From: a virus
Taxonomy: Duplodnaviria > Caudoviricetes
Direction: 5' to 3' (one strand)
IMG/VR virus record: IMGVR_UViG_3300034407_003088
Coordinates: 15,131 to 79,130 of that record
DNA length: 64,000 nt
A program made the translations under genes and the position numbers. Below, piece by piece: positions 29,801 through 38,376 of the stretch (positions are counted from its first letter, which is position 1; every line of letters begins with the position of its first letter). Below the pieces are notes generated by a model, which saw only the letters and a program-made list of their open reading frames with translations, did not search any database and was not told the origin of the DNA.

Positions 29801-32573
29801 CACCACTTGCAATCAACACACCATCTTTATCCACCATGAAGTTTGGCCCCATCTTGATATAAAAATTATCAGGACTTTCTTCAAGTGGTGTAAAGTCTAT
29901 GTAGTATTCATCTCTTAAATGGTCAAATGCTGCAGATGTATCAGAACCTGGGCCTTGGTCTGTTTTGAATATCGTGGAATTATTTGCATTCATTGTGATA
30001 TTACTACCACTAATTTGTCCATCTATTATTTGGAAATCTCCAATGTTACCAGCAGTAGCATTAATTGTACCACTCATGGTTACATCACCTTGTTGTGTTA
30101 GGTGAAAGTTACTTGAACTAATCTCTATGTTTCCACCACTACCACTAACAAATGCAGAACTTTCACTACCCAAGAAGAATGTATCAGTTACAACTTCAAA
30201 AATACTTGGTTGAGTTCTAAATCTTAAATATCTATCATTTGAACTATGAGCATCAACTAATTCTAATCCCACTCCATCATAACTTTGTGATGTACCTATT
30301 GATTCAGATACAGAACCACTAAACATTAAGAATCCACCTTTGTTCTCTGCTATTGTTCTATCAAAACCATTATACCCAATACTTCTAATATAGGCAGAAC
30401 CACCATGCATTTGGATACCACTACCTTCTACACTTCCCATATACATGGAACCACTAAGTAGATTACCATCACCATCAATGTTTATTGCAGCACCTACGAA
30501 TGGTACATTTTCTGTTAAGGCAATTGTCTCTGCAATATTATTATTTACATCAAAAAACTCTGCCAAGAAATCATATTGGTCTGGTTTTTTAGGCATTGGA
30601 TGAGGCATCGGTACGATTGCCTTAAAGAATTCAGGATTAAAGTTTGTTTCACTATAAGGTCGTAACATCACATCGGATATTACAAATCTACCTGCCTCTA
30701 CTCTAAATATAATTTGTGTTTTTGGGTCACCTGTTTTTGAAGATATAAATGTATTAAAGATGTTCTCAATTGTACCTTGTGGTGTAGAGTTATTAGTTGG
30801 TATATCAACTTCACCTAAGAAATGGTTATCTTCTCCACCTGTTCCAGTAATTGCAGAACCACTTAAAAATACTTTTAGAGTAGCTCTTTTTTCTATATCT
30901 CCACTTTGTTTTGATATTTGTTTATCTTCTTTTAAATAATGTGCATTGAACTGAATCGTATATGGTACATTATATTCTAACTCTACACTTTGTGATGTTA
31001 TTAAATCTACATTTTCAGTTAAACCTTTATTACTACCACTAATTAACATCCCATCAATGATATAATCATCATTTCGTGTTTTAGTACCATTACTTATTGT
31101 CCAATAATCATCTATGATATCTTGTTTATAAAAATATCCTGTGTTTGCAAAACCTGTTGTACCGAATGGGTCTATTAATAGTTGTGGTGATTCAATTGGT
31201 GTTTCATATATCTTCTCAAAGTCACCAAGAGTTCCTCTACTTTTTGCATAAATCTTAGTTTTATAAACATCACCACTAAATGTCCTTAAGTTACCAACCG
31301 TAATATCTGCAAATGACCTAAAGTGTGTATTACTTATGGATTGAGATGGTGCTGGTGTATATGACATTGTAACTTGTGATATTCCTGCCGTTTCATCAGG
31401 TTCAAGTAATATATCTGCAGGAAACTTTATACCTGAATCTTTTTCAATTACAAAGAATTGGTCTTCAGGTACACACACTCCACCATTTTTGACTTTTTTA
31501 ATTTTAGTTTCAAAACTTGTAGGTATTGTAAACTTGTCACTTGGAAATTTATTTGTATCTACTTTCGGATTATTAACCGTAAGTGTTCCACCAGTAAGTG
31601 CACTTGAGATTTTATTTGAATCATTTTCAGTTCCACTTTCTAAACCATTTATTACAAATTCTGACTTTTCTTGTTCAGGTGATTCCCTTCTAACAATTCT
31701 ACCACGAACTGCCAATGCTGGTTGTCGTATAACCTCAATCTTATTCTTTCTATTGTTTTTAAGTCTTTCTATATGATTGGTAATACTTTCAACACTATCA
31801 AAATCAATTGGTTTAATACCTTCAAATGGTAATGGGTCTGGTGGTGGTTTTTGACCTTCAGTATGGTCTGGTAGATTAACTATCTCACCACTACCTGTAA
31901 TCGTTACGGTTGTGTCTGCAGTACTATTATTTATAAATCCTTTAACAATTTCCCTTGCAGTTATTGTGGGTGCACCATGGAAAATAATTGGTTCTGTATT
32001 CGGTATAGTGGAATTAATAAAGATAGGTCTTACATATCTAACATTGTAAATACCTTGATAAGCCTGTGGTATATCTTGTACTTGTGCCTGTTGTTGATTA
32101 CCTTGTGATATATTTTTTATTTTCTCAAGTTCTTCAATTTCATCAAGAACATCATTACCGAATTTTGCTTGTTGTTTTAAGTCTTCTAATAGTGGGTCAA
32201 ATGGACTTTGATTTGGTGAAGTTGTTGTATCTACATGACCATCTTTTAATTCACCAACAATGTAAAGAAACCCATCACCTGGTGCAACATCATCATACAC
32301 TTCCATTGATATTCTACGAGCATTACCCTCAAGATAATTTGGAATAGGTTCTGTATATACGGTGTTACCTGCAGAGTCAAGTATTTCTATTTTTAACTCT
32401 ACATTTTCTTTTAGAAATCTTGAACCAGCAATAATAAAGGAAGAAGCACCTTTTGGAATGGCACTCGGAAAGTCTACTACATTGAAATATTTACTGGTAA
32501 GTCCAGATTCTTCAACGAGTACATCTAAATCTTTTAATCCTTGGAATTTATTTATCTTTTTTAATACTGGCAT
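23826..32573 (-). CDS. Giant (2915 aa) tail fibre/receptor-binding structural protein
   Basis: Gly/Ser/Thr-rich beta repeats, AEFENARIRG fibre-type motif, Gly-rich tip; position next to the S74 fibre gene. Confidence 0.75.
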   Translation of the reverse strand: MPVLKKINKFQGLKDLDVLVEESGLTSKYFNVVDFPSAIPKGASSFIIAGSRFLKENVELKIEILDSAGNTVYTEPIPNYLEGNARRISMEVYDDVAPGDGFLYIVGELKDGHVDTTTSPNQSPFDPLLEDLKQQAKFGNDVLDEIEELEKIKNISQGNQQQAQVQDIPQAYQGIYNVRYVRPIFINSTIPNTEPIIFHGAPTITAREIVKGFINNSTADTTVTITGSGEIVNLPDHTEGQKPPPDPLPFEGIKPIDFDSVESITNHIERLKNNRKNKIEVIRQPALAVRGRIVRRESPEQEKSEFVINGLESGTENDSNKISSALTGGTLTVNNPKVDTNKFPSDKFTIPTSFETKIKKVKNGGVCVPEDQFFVIEKDSGIKFPADILLEPDETAGISQVTMSYTPAPSQSISNTHFRSFADITVGNLRTFSGDVYKTKIYAKSRGTLGDFEKIYETPIESPQLLIDPFGTTGFANTGYFYKQDIIDDYWTISNGTKTRNDDYIIDGMLISGSNKGLTENVDLITSQSVELEYNVPYTIQFNAHYLKEDKQISKQSGDIEKRATLKVFLSGSAITGTGGEDNHFLGEVDIPTNNSTPQGTIENIFNTFISSKTGDPKTQIIFRVEAGRFVISDVMLRPYSETNFNPEFFKAIVPMPHPMPKKPDQYDFLAEFFDVNNNIAETIALTENVPFVGAAINIDGDGNLLSGSMYMGSVEGSGIQMHGGSAYIRSIGYNGFDRTIAENKGGFLMFSGSVSESIGTSQSYDGVGLELVDAHSSNDRYLRFRTQPSIFEVVTDTFFLGSESSAFVSGSGGNIEISSSNFHLTQQGDVTMSGTINATAGNIGDFQIIDGQISGSNITMNANNSTIFKTDQGPGSDTSAAFDHLRDEYYIDFTPLEESPDNFYIKMGPNFMVDKDGVLIASGAKFEGTITASAGLIGGFTTDSHSFSSTNIFISGSPTIGGQDSASYMFISTSKFNVKQDGDITGSNVLFTGGKIAGFDISGTKLQQGTSFHLDGGATGNSYFISSSNFQVEADGDVSGSSVFFDGGKIGGFELTSTQINDTGDNLLLKSSGQITGSKVLFDGGKIGGFTIDSDEIKSGTNVGLNSATKAITINNTTFGNQGIQLEYNSGTPRGYIGDGSDRFFKFDGTDVELSAPKMFISSSGGGTIAMGDTIPQNLTSDGLLLSGSGDFNFQGNATNLVRKIGTALTIKSETFSLTGTDLEISNDKISIGTLSAITDVADTSTGFLVDSSGNVLIKQGGANAEYLQFNSGNVTIKSGTFSLTGTNLEISNDKISIGTLASATDIADASTGFHVDSSGNVLIKQGGANAEYLKFHGGGIDIKAGTFDLATSTLVIDSGTKSGQIALGATPNTTGSGTNAGIYMDGTGDFLAYTNATNYIRKSFADLDIKAENFDLDAGTLILDSGTNNGIIALGGTPPTAYNSGTGFYADGNGKLLIGIHDGNRIQFDGADFTIVSNQLQIDTTNIDINTSTKRIQVFNDSGDEYIRIGETSDAGGSDDYGMKIYDGSGTADSNTLVKFGEEGNRIAGWTIDSGNIFSDNLFIRSTGTIETADFASNLKGWRISAEGNGTAEFENARIRGTLSTAVFEKETVNAVGGQLYVANSTSLTGSGVISASYSTMSVVNATGFTGSYNGFNSSGVLTNAALVNGEILQIKKIGATGFSTEYVLVQSASRDFPDSATNFAGKLYVSRSWGAGGQGSFVGDLASNAQDYEEGQVIVSTGRYVSGTGTNTSGSGYIKLNANPNDVTTPYIDIVERTGSGIYDVDLKARVGDLSGVNVSEFAEFGITPANAGFGIYTSNGYFTGGITATTGSITGKLFVHTGVGASNKIIIGTDVNGSNDGISVNDHNYWYTTGQFKVGSGTNFLSHDGSGDIQIQSQKFELDATDLHISSTQASMSLGHDSDPNNDGGIKLKGTAGGSIGLGGVIPTNLSSNGIFLSGSGEFNLQKDSNEYIRFDSSGLEVKTENLNVDTSTFDVKTDGGGKIALGSSATTFGTEGIFMSGSGEISIYRNPTNYLIMTGSTFDLAVDNLQVSTSRLEVTSSGIEISSTQASMSLGNDRAINLDGSGNGAIQVGNGVSSVTDTGGTNKGVYIEGDGDFIFKAGANKYLQFNGGDLDLRTTRAKISGSNIEIGTTNFDLDVSTMRVSSSNSGVIALGSTPPVAYDNGNGFYVDGTGKFLIGNTSGNHINFDGSSTFNIKTTQLDLDVSTMRVSSSNSGVIALGATPPVAYDNGDGFYVDGTGKFLIGDTSGNHINFDGGSTFNIKTTQFELDTAALDISSTNQKIDLGSGKIVLDADGGTGGVPIIKVDGGELSGSDFFVSTAGALSASAFLFSTNLAVDTNATINFGESNYQSFAYGRDDSLKIVTGDFNLTTNTLIASSSGVGTIALGSTPPESATAGSGIFLKGDGTFLFGNTSANHVNFDGSTLSIKTTDIDLLTTGTNKIKLDSTASTPVFAMGATLNTSVSGTNKGIFMDGTGDFLVRGDANNLIKFDAVGNTLQLKSDTFALDAGTIIMDSATNNGKVSLGVSPPTAFDSGNGFYADGQGRLLVGSSTGSRISFDGTNTLKLVTDDFHLSGSTTLRMNNSTLIYGASAASQTLTSGTGVLLNSSGHFRAGEGNGHRISWDGTNLIMSSSTFFLGSKGSDNAYISSSGNNLEISSSGYALLPDGQATFMTGSNQIRFTPEGNIESKDYLLERSRLFGAGTDNSTTITLASQTSITSEDDSAEIIKGDGSNSFALVRDVYVTNLIVDNGKTLYTNGFRLYVNDTLTINTTGLIDASGENGTDGQAAGQSGAGKAGGAGGAGGAKGKSVSTNLTTTLVSGSDGGQGGNSGPNSGTADVTGGGGGGAGGSGGIMFIASRKIVNNANTGYGFKADGGKGGDGGNGEELLP
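25743..26096. repeat. 198-nt (66-aa) tandem duplication in giant fibre
   Basis: aatatgattaccacttgtat... starts at both 25743 and 25941; differences mostly synonymous. Confidence 0.9.
28582..28928. repeat. Second 198-nt (66-aa) tandem duplication in giant fibre
   Basis: tttgcaccaccttgtttaatc starts at both 28582 and 28780. Confidence 0.9.
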
Positions 32574-32601
32574 TTTGTTCCCACAACTTAAGTGATTTAC
32601 T

Positions 32602-32634
32602 ATAAATATAAAACAAGGGCAGTTATATACTTAT
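32602..32634. promoter_or_regulatory. Back-to-back TAYTTAT promoter-like motifs
   Basis: TATTTAT on minus (32602-32608) faces the fibre gene; TACTTAT on plus (32628-32634) faces the RHH gene. Confidence 0.55.
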
Positions 32635-32636
32635 TA

Positions 32637-32655
32637 ATACACAAAAAGTGTGTAT
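32637..32655. promoter_or_regulatory. Inverted repeat ATACACA-N5-TGTGTAT, candidate RHH operator
   Basis: Perfect 7-bp arms 18 nt upstream of the RHH ATG. Confidence 0.5.
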
Positions 32656-32673
32656 AAAATATGTAGGATTATT

Positions 32674-32859
32674 ATGAATAAGAAAAGATATAACTTTACA
32701 TTAGATGAAGATTTAGTAAATTGGTTAAAAATGCATTGTAAAGAGAATAGAACTTCCCTTTCGTCATTTATAAATCAACAAATACATAAGGTTTATAGAG
32801 AAAACTCTGTTAGACCACAAAATGTTTTAAGGTCAACTTCTGGCAAACCTAACAGATGA
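32674..32859 (+). CDS. Ribbon-helix-helix DNA-binding protein
   Basis: KKRYNFTLDEDLVNWLK.HCKENRTSLSSFINQ is an Arc/CopG/MetJ pattern; ATG 32674 with AGGA upstream. Confidence 0.8.
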   Translation: MNKKRYNFTLDEDLVNWLKMHCKENRTSLSSFINQQIHKVYRENSVRPQNVLRSTSGKPNR

Positions 32860-35800
32860 ACTTCCCTTTACCTTCTTGATTTCCAATAAGGTATCTACAA
32901 AATCTCTCATTGTTTCAATGTGTGATACAACTAAATTAAACTGAAACTCTGATTTCAGATATTGGAATAGTTGTGCAACTGAGTTCAGATTATCACTATC
33001 CATTGTTCCCCAACCCTCATCAATAGCAAGGAAGTTACTTCGTGGTAAATTACTTACATTCATTAAACCAACTCTTATTGCAAGAGAACTAATGAATCGT
33101 TCCATACCACTTGATAATTCTAAAGGCCATACTCTATCATCATCATAAACAATATGTGTATCAATTTGTTTACCATCCATATTAAACACAATACTAAAGT
33201 CAACTATCTGTGCCAATATATCATTTACTGCACCTTCTACGGTAGGTAATGATTTACTAATCAAATCATAAGGTACACCATCTCGTTTGATGGCCTCTAA
33301 TAAATATTGATATGCCTGATGTGAATCTTCAAGTTCTGCAACTTTATCAATGTTATCATTGATTTGTTTTTCATTAGTTTTATGAACTTGTATTTCACCA
33401 TGAAGTTTAGTTAATTTATCACTAACCACATCTAATTGATAATCTAAATCAGTTAAACCATTTTCTAAATTGTCAATCTCTTCTAATACTTGAGAATTAA
33501 ACATTACATTTTGTTCTTGTGATTTAGACCTTTCCATATCACTTGTAATAAGATTAAATTGTGTAGTGATATTTTTTTGTTTTTCTTTTGTGATGTTTAT
33601 ATTAGATATGATGTTATCTTGATATCTTTGTTTTTCACTTAGTTTATCTTGTAATTCATCTAAATCTTTTTTGAATGCACGAACTTTGAAATGTTTCTGT
33701 ATTTCATCTTCCATCTCTTGTTTCTTCTGTACATACTCTTGTGCAAGAGTTTTATCTTTTTCAAGATTCTTTTTGGTTTCAATAGCATCTAATGTGAATG
33801 GATTACTCATACAATGTTCACAATTCTCATCGTGTGTCAAATTACCAAGTTTATCAATCTTATCTAATTTAACTCTTACATCTGCCTTTAGTTTATCTAA
33901 TTCTATTTGAAATAAATCTCGTTCCTCTTCAAGTTTTTCTAACTTGTAATAATTCTCTTCAACACCATCTTGTTTATAGATAACAATTTTATTCTCTATT
34001 TCTTGAACTGCTCTTTCAAAGTCATATTGTTCTACTTCATACTCTGCAAGTTTTTCCTTGACATTTTCTGATAATGTTGTTAACTTAGAGTGTTGAACTT
34101 CCAACTCTTCTATACTCTTTAGATTATCATCTACAGGTTTTAATCGTTTGGTTTGTTCCTTGATGTCACTTTGAACCTTTTTGATTTGAGTCTTTAAATC
34201 TTTTTCATCTTTTTTAAACTCTTTTTCTTTACCCTCAAGTAAAATTAAATCATCAGTAATTGTAGCAAGTTCTTTATCATAATCTGACTTTTTAAAATCA
34301 GTTAACAATGCATTAACTTCTCTGATGTCTTCGTTTGCCTGAATCCATAATGAATCAAATATCTTTAATCCCATAAACTGAGATAATAATTCTTTTCGTT
34401 CTTTCTGAGTTTTATTAATAAATACGGTAGAATCGTTTTGACTACTCATGGATGTAAGTATAAAATCATCAAAACTACCAATAACCCTTTGGATATTTTT
34501 TTGTGTAGTTCTTCTTTGGTCACCATTTAAACTTACATTTTCACCTGTTTCATCTACCATCCAAAAATCAATATCAACTTTAACATGACCTGTTCTTAGA
34601 TTTTTCTTACCAAACTTCTCAATAAAATAATCTATACCATCTATCTCAAAGTTTACTTTACAATGTAAATTGTTTTTTGACTTGTTAATAATATTATCTG
34701 CTTTATATGCACGAGAACTTAAATCAAATAAGTTAAAACATAATGCATCTAACAATGCAGATTTACCACTTGCATTAGGAGCAAACAATCCAATCATTCC
34801 ATTTAGTTTAGTGAAGTCAACTATATTATCTTCACCATAACTGAATAGGTTACTAAATTCAAACTTCTTTAACTTCCAACTAATATTTCTTTGTACATCT
34901 GCATCAGGTATAACTTGATTTAATTCTTTCAATATATCTTTAATCTTAATCATAGTATCATCATCAACAATATAATTGTTTTTTAAATACTCACTAACTA
35001 AATCATATTGATAGTCAGGATTATTTACATCACCAATATTAATCTTTTTATCACGAATCTTTTCGGTACTTAGTCCATCTACTTTTGTGATAACACTTTC
35101 TTGAATCTTAGCCTTCTTCTGTAATTGTGTCATCAACTTTTTTAATTGTGATGGTTTTGTATTACTTACTCTAATACGAACTCTTGGTTTTGCTGGAAAG
35201 TCTGGTAGTTCAGGTAGTTTACCATTATCAATGTTGATTGTGTAATAACCATATTCATTTGGAATCTCAATGTATTCTGATTTAAGAGTTTCCATATCCC
35301 ATAACAAATAACCTTTACCAATATCTTCACCATGATTCTGTTGAACTAATGAACCACAATATGCAATCCTTTCATCTTTATCAAGGAATTGTCTTTTGTG
35401 AATATCACCAAGTAATCCTAAGTCATATCCTTTGAACATACTCATCTTTACTTTAGATGGTAACTTGAATCCTAAATCAGTTTCACTTCTATCTACCGTA
35501 CCATGAAATAATACAACTTTCTTCCTATCACCAGGTACATCCTTTGCCTTGATATAATCTTTTTCTTTATCCCATACATCCCATACGATTAAATCAGTAT
35601 CAGCACAAGTGTAAATACCTGTTTTCTTTAGGTAATGTAAGTTTGGATGATTAAGGTTTTCAACAATAGGTGTTAAAACATCCATACGACTTAAATTATT
35701 TAGATTTGCATCGTGATTACCTGCGATAATAACTAATGGACATATGTCTGCCAAGTTCTTAAATAAACGAGATAATTGGTCTACTAACTCTGGTGACATT

Positions 35801-35994
35801 TCTGTTTTACTATGTGCAATATCACCACCAATATACGATATTGCATTCTTAGGATTCTTCTTTACTTCTTTGTAAAGTCCTTCAAATACTTGTTCGTATT
35901 CTTTATGTCGTTGTAAATTTCTAATCTGTATATCACTTATGTGATGTATGTGTTTTAGTTTCCTAAAGGAAACTTTTAATTTATCTGTTACCAT
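32833..35994 (-). CDS. Fused Mre11/SbcD(gp47)-Rad50/SbcC(gp46) recombination nuclease-ATPase
   Basis: SDIQ, GGD, GNHD, FHG, GDIH phosphoesterase motifs; Walker A APNASGKS, CEHC hook, LSSGME signature, Walker B AIDEG. Confidence 0.92.
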   Translation of the reverse strand: MVTDKLKVSFRKLKHIHHISDIQIRNLQRHKEYEQVFEGLYKEVKKNPKNAISYIGGDIAHSKTEMSPELVDQLSRLFKNLADICPLVIIAGNHDANLNNLSRMDVLTPIVENLNHPNLHYLKKTGIYTCADTDLIVWDVWDKEKDYIKAKDVPGDRKKVVLFHGTVDRSETDLGFKLPSKVKMSMFKGYDLGLLGDIHKRQFLDKDERIAYCGSLVQQNHGEDIGKGYLLWDMETLKSEYIEIPNEYGYYTINIDNGKLPELPDFPAKPRVRIRVSNTKPSQLKKLMTQLQKKAKIQESVITKVDGLSTEKIRDKKINIGDVNNPDYQYDLVSEYLKNNYIVDDDTMIKIKDILKELNQVIPDADVQRNISWKLKKFEFSNLFSYGEDNIVDFTKLNGMIGLFAPNASGKSALLDALCFNLFDLSSRAYKADNIINKSKNNLHCKVNFEIDGIDYFIEKFGKKNLRTGHVKVDIDFWMVDETGENVSLNGDQRRTTQKNIQRVIGSFDDFILTSMSSQNDSTVFINKTQKERKELLSQFMGLKIFDSLWIQANEDIREVNALLTDFKKSDYDKELATITDDLILLEGKEKEFKKDEKDLKTQIKKVQSDIKEQTKRLKPVDDNLKSIEELEVQHSKLTTLSENVKEKLAEYEVEQYDFERAVQEIENKIVIYKQDGVEENYYKLEKLEEERDLFQIELDKLKADVRVKLDKIDKLGNLTHDENCEHCMSNPFTLDAIETKKNLEKDKTLAQEYVQKKQEMEDEIQKHFKVRAFKKDLDELQDKLSEKQRYQDNIISNINITKEKQKNITTQFNLITSDMERSKSQEQNVMFNSQVLEEIDNLENGLTDLDYQLDVVSDKLTKLHGEIQVHKTNEKQINDNIDKVAELEDSHQAYQYLLEAIKRDGVPYDLISKSLPTVEGAVNDILAQIVDFSIVFNMDGKQIDTHIVYDDDRVWPLELSSGMERFISSLAIRVGLMNVSNLPRSNFLAIDEGWGTMDSDNLNSVAQLFQYLKSEFQFNLVVSHIETMRDFVDTLLEIKKVKGSSSVRFARS

Positions 35995-36904
35995 ATATTT
36001 TCATTCTCATTAGTTCTTTAAAATTAACCTCGGTTGATTCATTTAAGTGATGTATCATCTTTTTATACCCTAAATCACTTGGGTCTTTTCCTTCAAGTTT
36101 AACAAAGTCTACTTGTATTCCCATGTTAAGAAACTTGTCAATCATCTTCAAAGAGTCCTTAAATGCATCATCATCCAAAACGATGACGATATTTTTCACT
36201 CTCTTTTCAACGATTTTTTTCTCAAGTTTAGGAAGTATTGTTTTTCCAAAAAGTGGAATCGTATTATTCTTGATGGCCATTGCATCAAACACGCCTTCAC
36301 AAAGGATAATCGGTTCACTCCAATCTACATATAGGTCAAAACCGATGATGTCCTTTTGTATAGGTGGATTTTTGTATTTCATGGTAGACTTATAAAAGTC
36401 TCTACCTACAAAGTAATTCAATATACCATCTGAATCATAACTTGGTATAATGATTCTATTCTGATATTGTCCATGTAAACAATAATGTAGATTATATCGT
36501 ATGATGTCACTCATATCTAATCCTCTTTCCATGACGAACTTCAATGCATGTAACTTCTGAAGTGAATCACCACCATTCCATAATGGTTTGGCTTCCTTTG
36601 GAAGATTTAATATTGTTTGTTTGGTTTCTTTTTTATCTGATGAATAGAATGTACCACCGATACTATCACTTAATTCTTTAAATAATTCTCTTGGTGCACC
36701 CACCTGTTTTAACAATTGGAATAAGTTGTGTCCACCTTGATTACTTACCCAACAATGCCACTTACCTGTTTGTATATTTACTTGTAATTTAGGTTTGTGA
36801 TGTGATACAAAAGGACTCCAATACATATACTCATTGGTTTTCTTAAGAGATTGTCCTTTTGTTTTTAGTGCTTTATCTAATATGTTTATAACTAATTGAC
36901 TCAA
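35981..36904 (-). CDS. DNA primase-like Toprim protein
   Basis: RIIIPSYD..G.L.YFVGR, CEGVFDA, LDDDA, KDPSD; degenerate Zn ribbon. Confidence 0.85.
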   Translation of the reverse strand: MSQLVINILDKALKTKGQSLKKTNEYMYWSPFVSHHKPKLQVNIQTGKWHCWVSNQGGHNLFQLLKQVGAPRELFKELSDSIGGTFYSSDKKETKQTILNLPKEAKPLWNGGDSLQKLHALKFVMERGLDMSDIIRYNLHYCLHGQYQNRIIIPSYDSDGILNYFVGRDFYKSTMKYKNPPIQKDIIGFDLYVDWSEPIILCEGVFDAMAIKNNTIPLFGKTILPKLEKKIVEKRVKNIVIVLDDDAFKDSLKMIDKFLNMGIQVDFVKLEGKDPSDLGYKKMIHHLNESTEVNFKELMRMKIYGNR

Positions 36905-37063
36905 TTAAAACTCATTTTTGTTTAATTTCTTTTTACCTATTCTATACTTCCACAAATCTTTTGTATCTGGTACTGGCATATCACTAAACTCTTCCATTCG
37001 TTTTTTCAATATATCAATAGACTTAACTGCTCTTATAAATTCGTCTGAATGTCTATCTTTCAT
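36905..37063 (-). CDS. Small hypothetical protein (52 aa, not in ORF track)
   Basis: MKDRHSDEFIRAVKSIDILKKRMEEF...NEF; ATGA overlap upstream and abuts the primase start. Confidence 0.6.
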   Translation of the reverse strand: MKDRHSDEFIRAVKSIDILKKRMEEFSDMPVPDTKDLWKYRIGKKKLNKNEF

Positions 37064-38376
37064 GGTTTTGGTAAGTGGTGTGTTGTTGTTATAATAGTAT
37101 TCTCCAAATAATAATTGTCATAACCTTCAATTTGTAATCCATAAAAAGACATAGGTTCCTCATGTAATTCTACATGTGTTATTGGATTATCTAAAAACCT
37201 ATCTCCAACTTTTACATCTGTAGTTTTTACAAATTGGAATTCATTGTCTCTATTAATATATATAAACTCAATTGGTGAAAACATAAAATTATTTATCTCA
37301 ACCCAAGTTTTAAAAGTATACTGATGGATATTACTTACTTTTCCATAATCACATATGTCATTGTGTTGTTTTTCTTTATAATCTACCCATGGTCTGTTTA
37401 TATCAACTATTGTATCATCATTTACTTTATTTAATATAAAAGGTTTTGCAGGTGTTGGATAGTGATGTCCCACTAATTCTTTTATTGTACTTACTTTTAC
37501 CTTATCACCTATTTCTACTTCTCGTATTGGTTTATCAATTACAAAAGTTGAAGATTCAAGTACCTCTACTTTTGTCTCACCACCTACTTGAGCCCATATC
37601 CCACTTCTTACAAATGTACTATTTTCAAATTTCATTTCAAACATATTGTCTAACTTAGGATTTTTATTTACATGAGTTGGATTACCAACTAAATTAATAA
37701 TTTCTGAATAACTTATATTTGAACTTTGTGGTCTAATAGGTATCATTCCTAACTTATCCATTAAAAATAAACACTTCAATACTATTGGATTCCCATACTC
37801 GTCTGTATATGGTTTGATATATTCTTCACAATAATCACTATCATCATATTGACAATTAGGCATATAATCATAATAAGGTGTAGTTTTTAGAAAGTCTCTG
37901 AATAGATTCTTATATCTTGATAAAGTAATTAAACCTTCACCATGTTTTGTTGTGGGTAAATTTTTTATATAATATGTGTCATCGTCTTTTGAAAAATTTT
38001 CTCTTGATTTTGCATAAATTACTTGACATTGTGGTAATTCCTTTGTAAGTTTAGATATAAATTGTGGTTCTGGATTGAATCCTTTATCCTCTTCTCTTAT
38101 AACTAATTTTACTTTTTCATAACCCTTAACCCACAAATGTTTTTTTATTCGTTCAAAGTCTATTCCCGCAGAACCATATAACATTAAATCAGTAAGTGCA
38201 AGGTCTGTATTTATTTCTAACAAATATAACTTTTTATCTTCAGACAAAATCCAATCAAAAGTTAATAACTCACCCTCATTTACATCATTACTTACATAAT
38301 CACTAAGATAAAGTGGTGTACCAATCTGTAGTGATTTGATAATTGCCTCATTTATGATATGGAAACTTCTGACCAC
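37060..38376 (-). CDS. Circularly permuted ATP-grasp-like N-terminus fused to an inactive Hint-like domain
   Basis: FDWIL...LYLLEINTD near the N-terminus; C-terminal KPIREVEIGDKV...DVKVGD...YGLQIEGYDNYY matches Hint blocks but lacks Cys1, TxxH and HN. Confidence 0.55.
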   Translation of the reverse strand: MVRSFHIINEAIIKSLQIGTPLYLSDYVSNDVNEGELLTFDWILSEDKKLYLLEINTDLALTDLMLYGSAGIDFERIKKHLWVKGYEKVKLVIREEDKGFNPEPQFISKLTKELPQCQVIYAKSRENFSKDDDTYYIKNLPTTKHGEGLITLSRYKNLFRDFLKTTPYYDYMPNCQYDDSDYCEEYIKPYTDEYGNPIVLKCLFLMDKLGMIPIRPQSSNISYSEIINLVGNPTHVNKNPKLDNMFEMKFENSTFVRSGIWAQVGGETKVEVLESSTFVIDKPIREVEIGDKVKVSTIKELVGHHYPTPAKPFILNKVNDDTIVDINRPWVDYKEKQHNDICDYGKVSNIHQYTFKTWVEINNFMFSPIEFIYINRDNEFQFVKTTDVKVGDRFLDNPITHVELHEEPMSFYGLQIEGYDNYYLENTIITTTHHLPKP

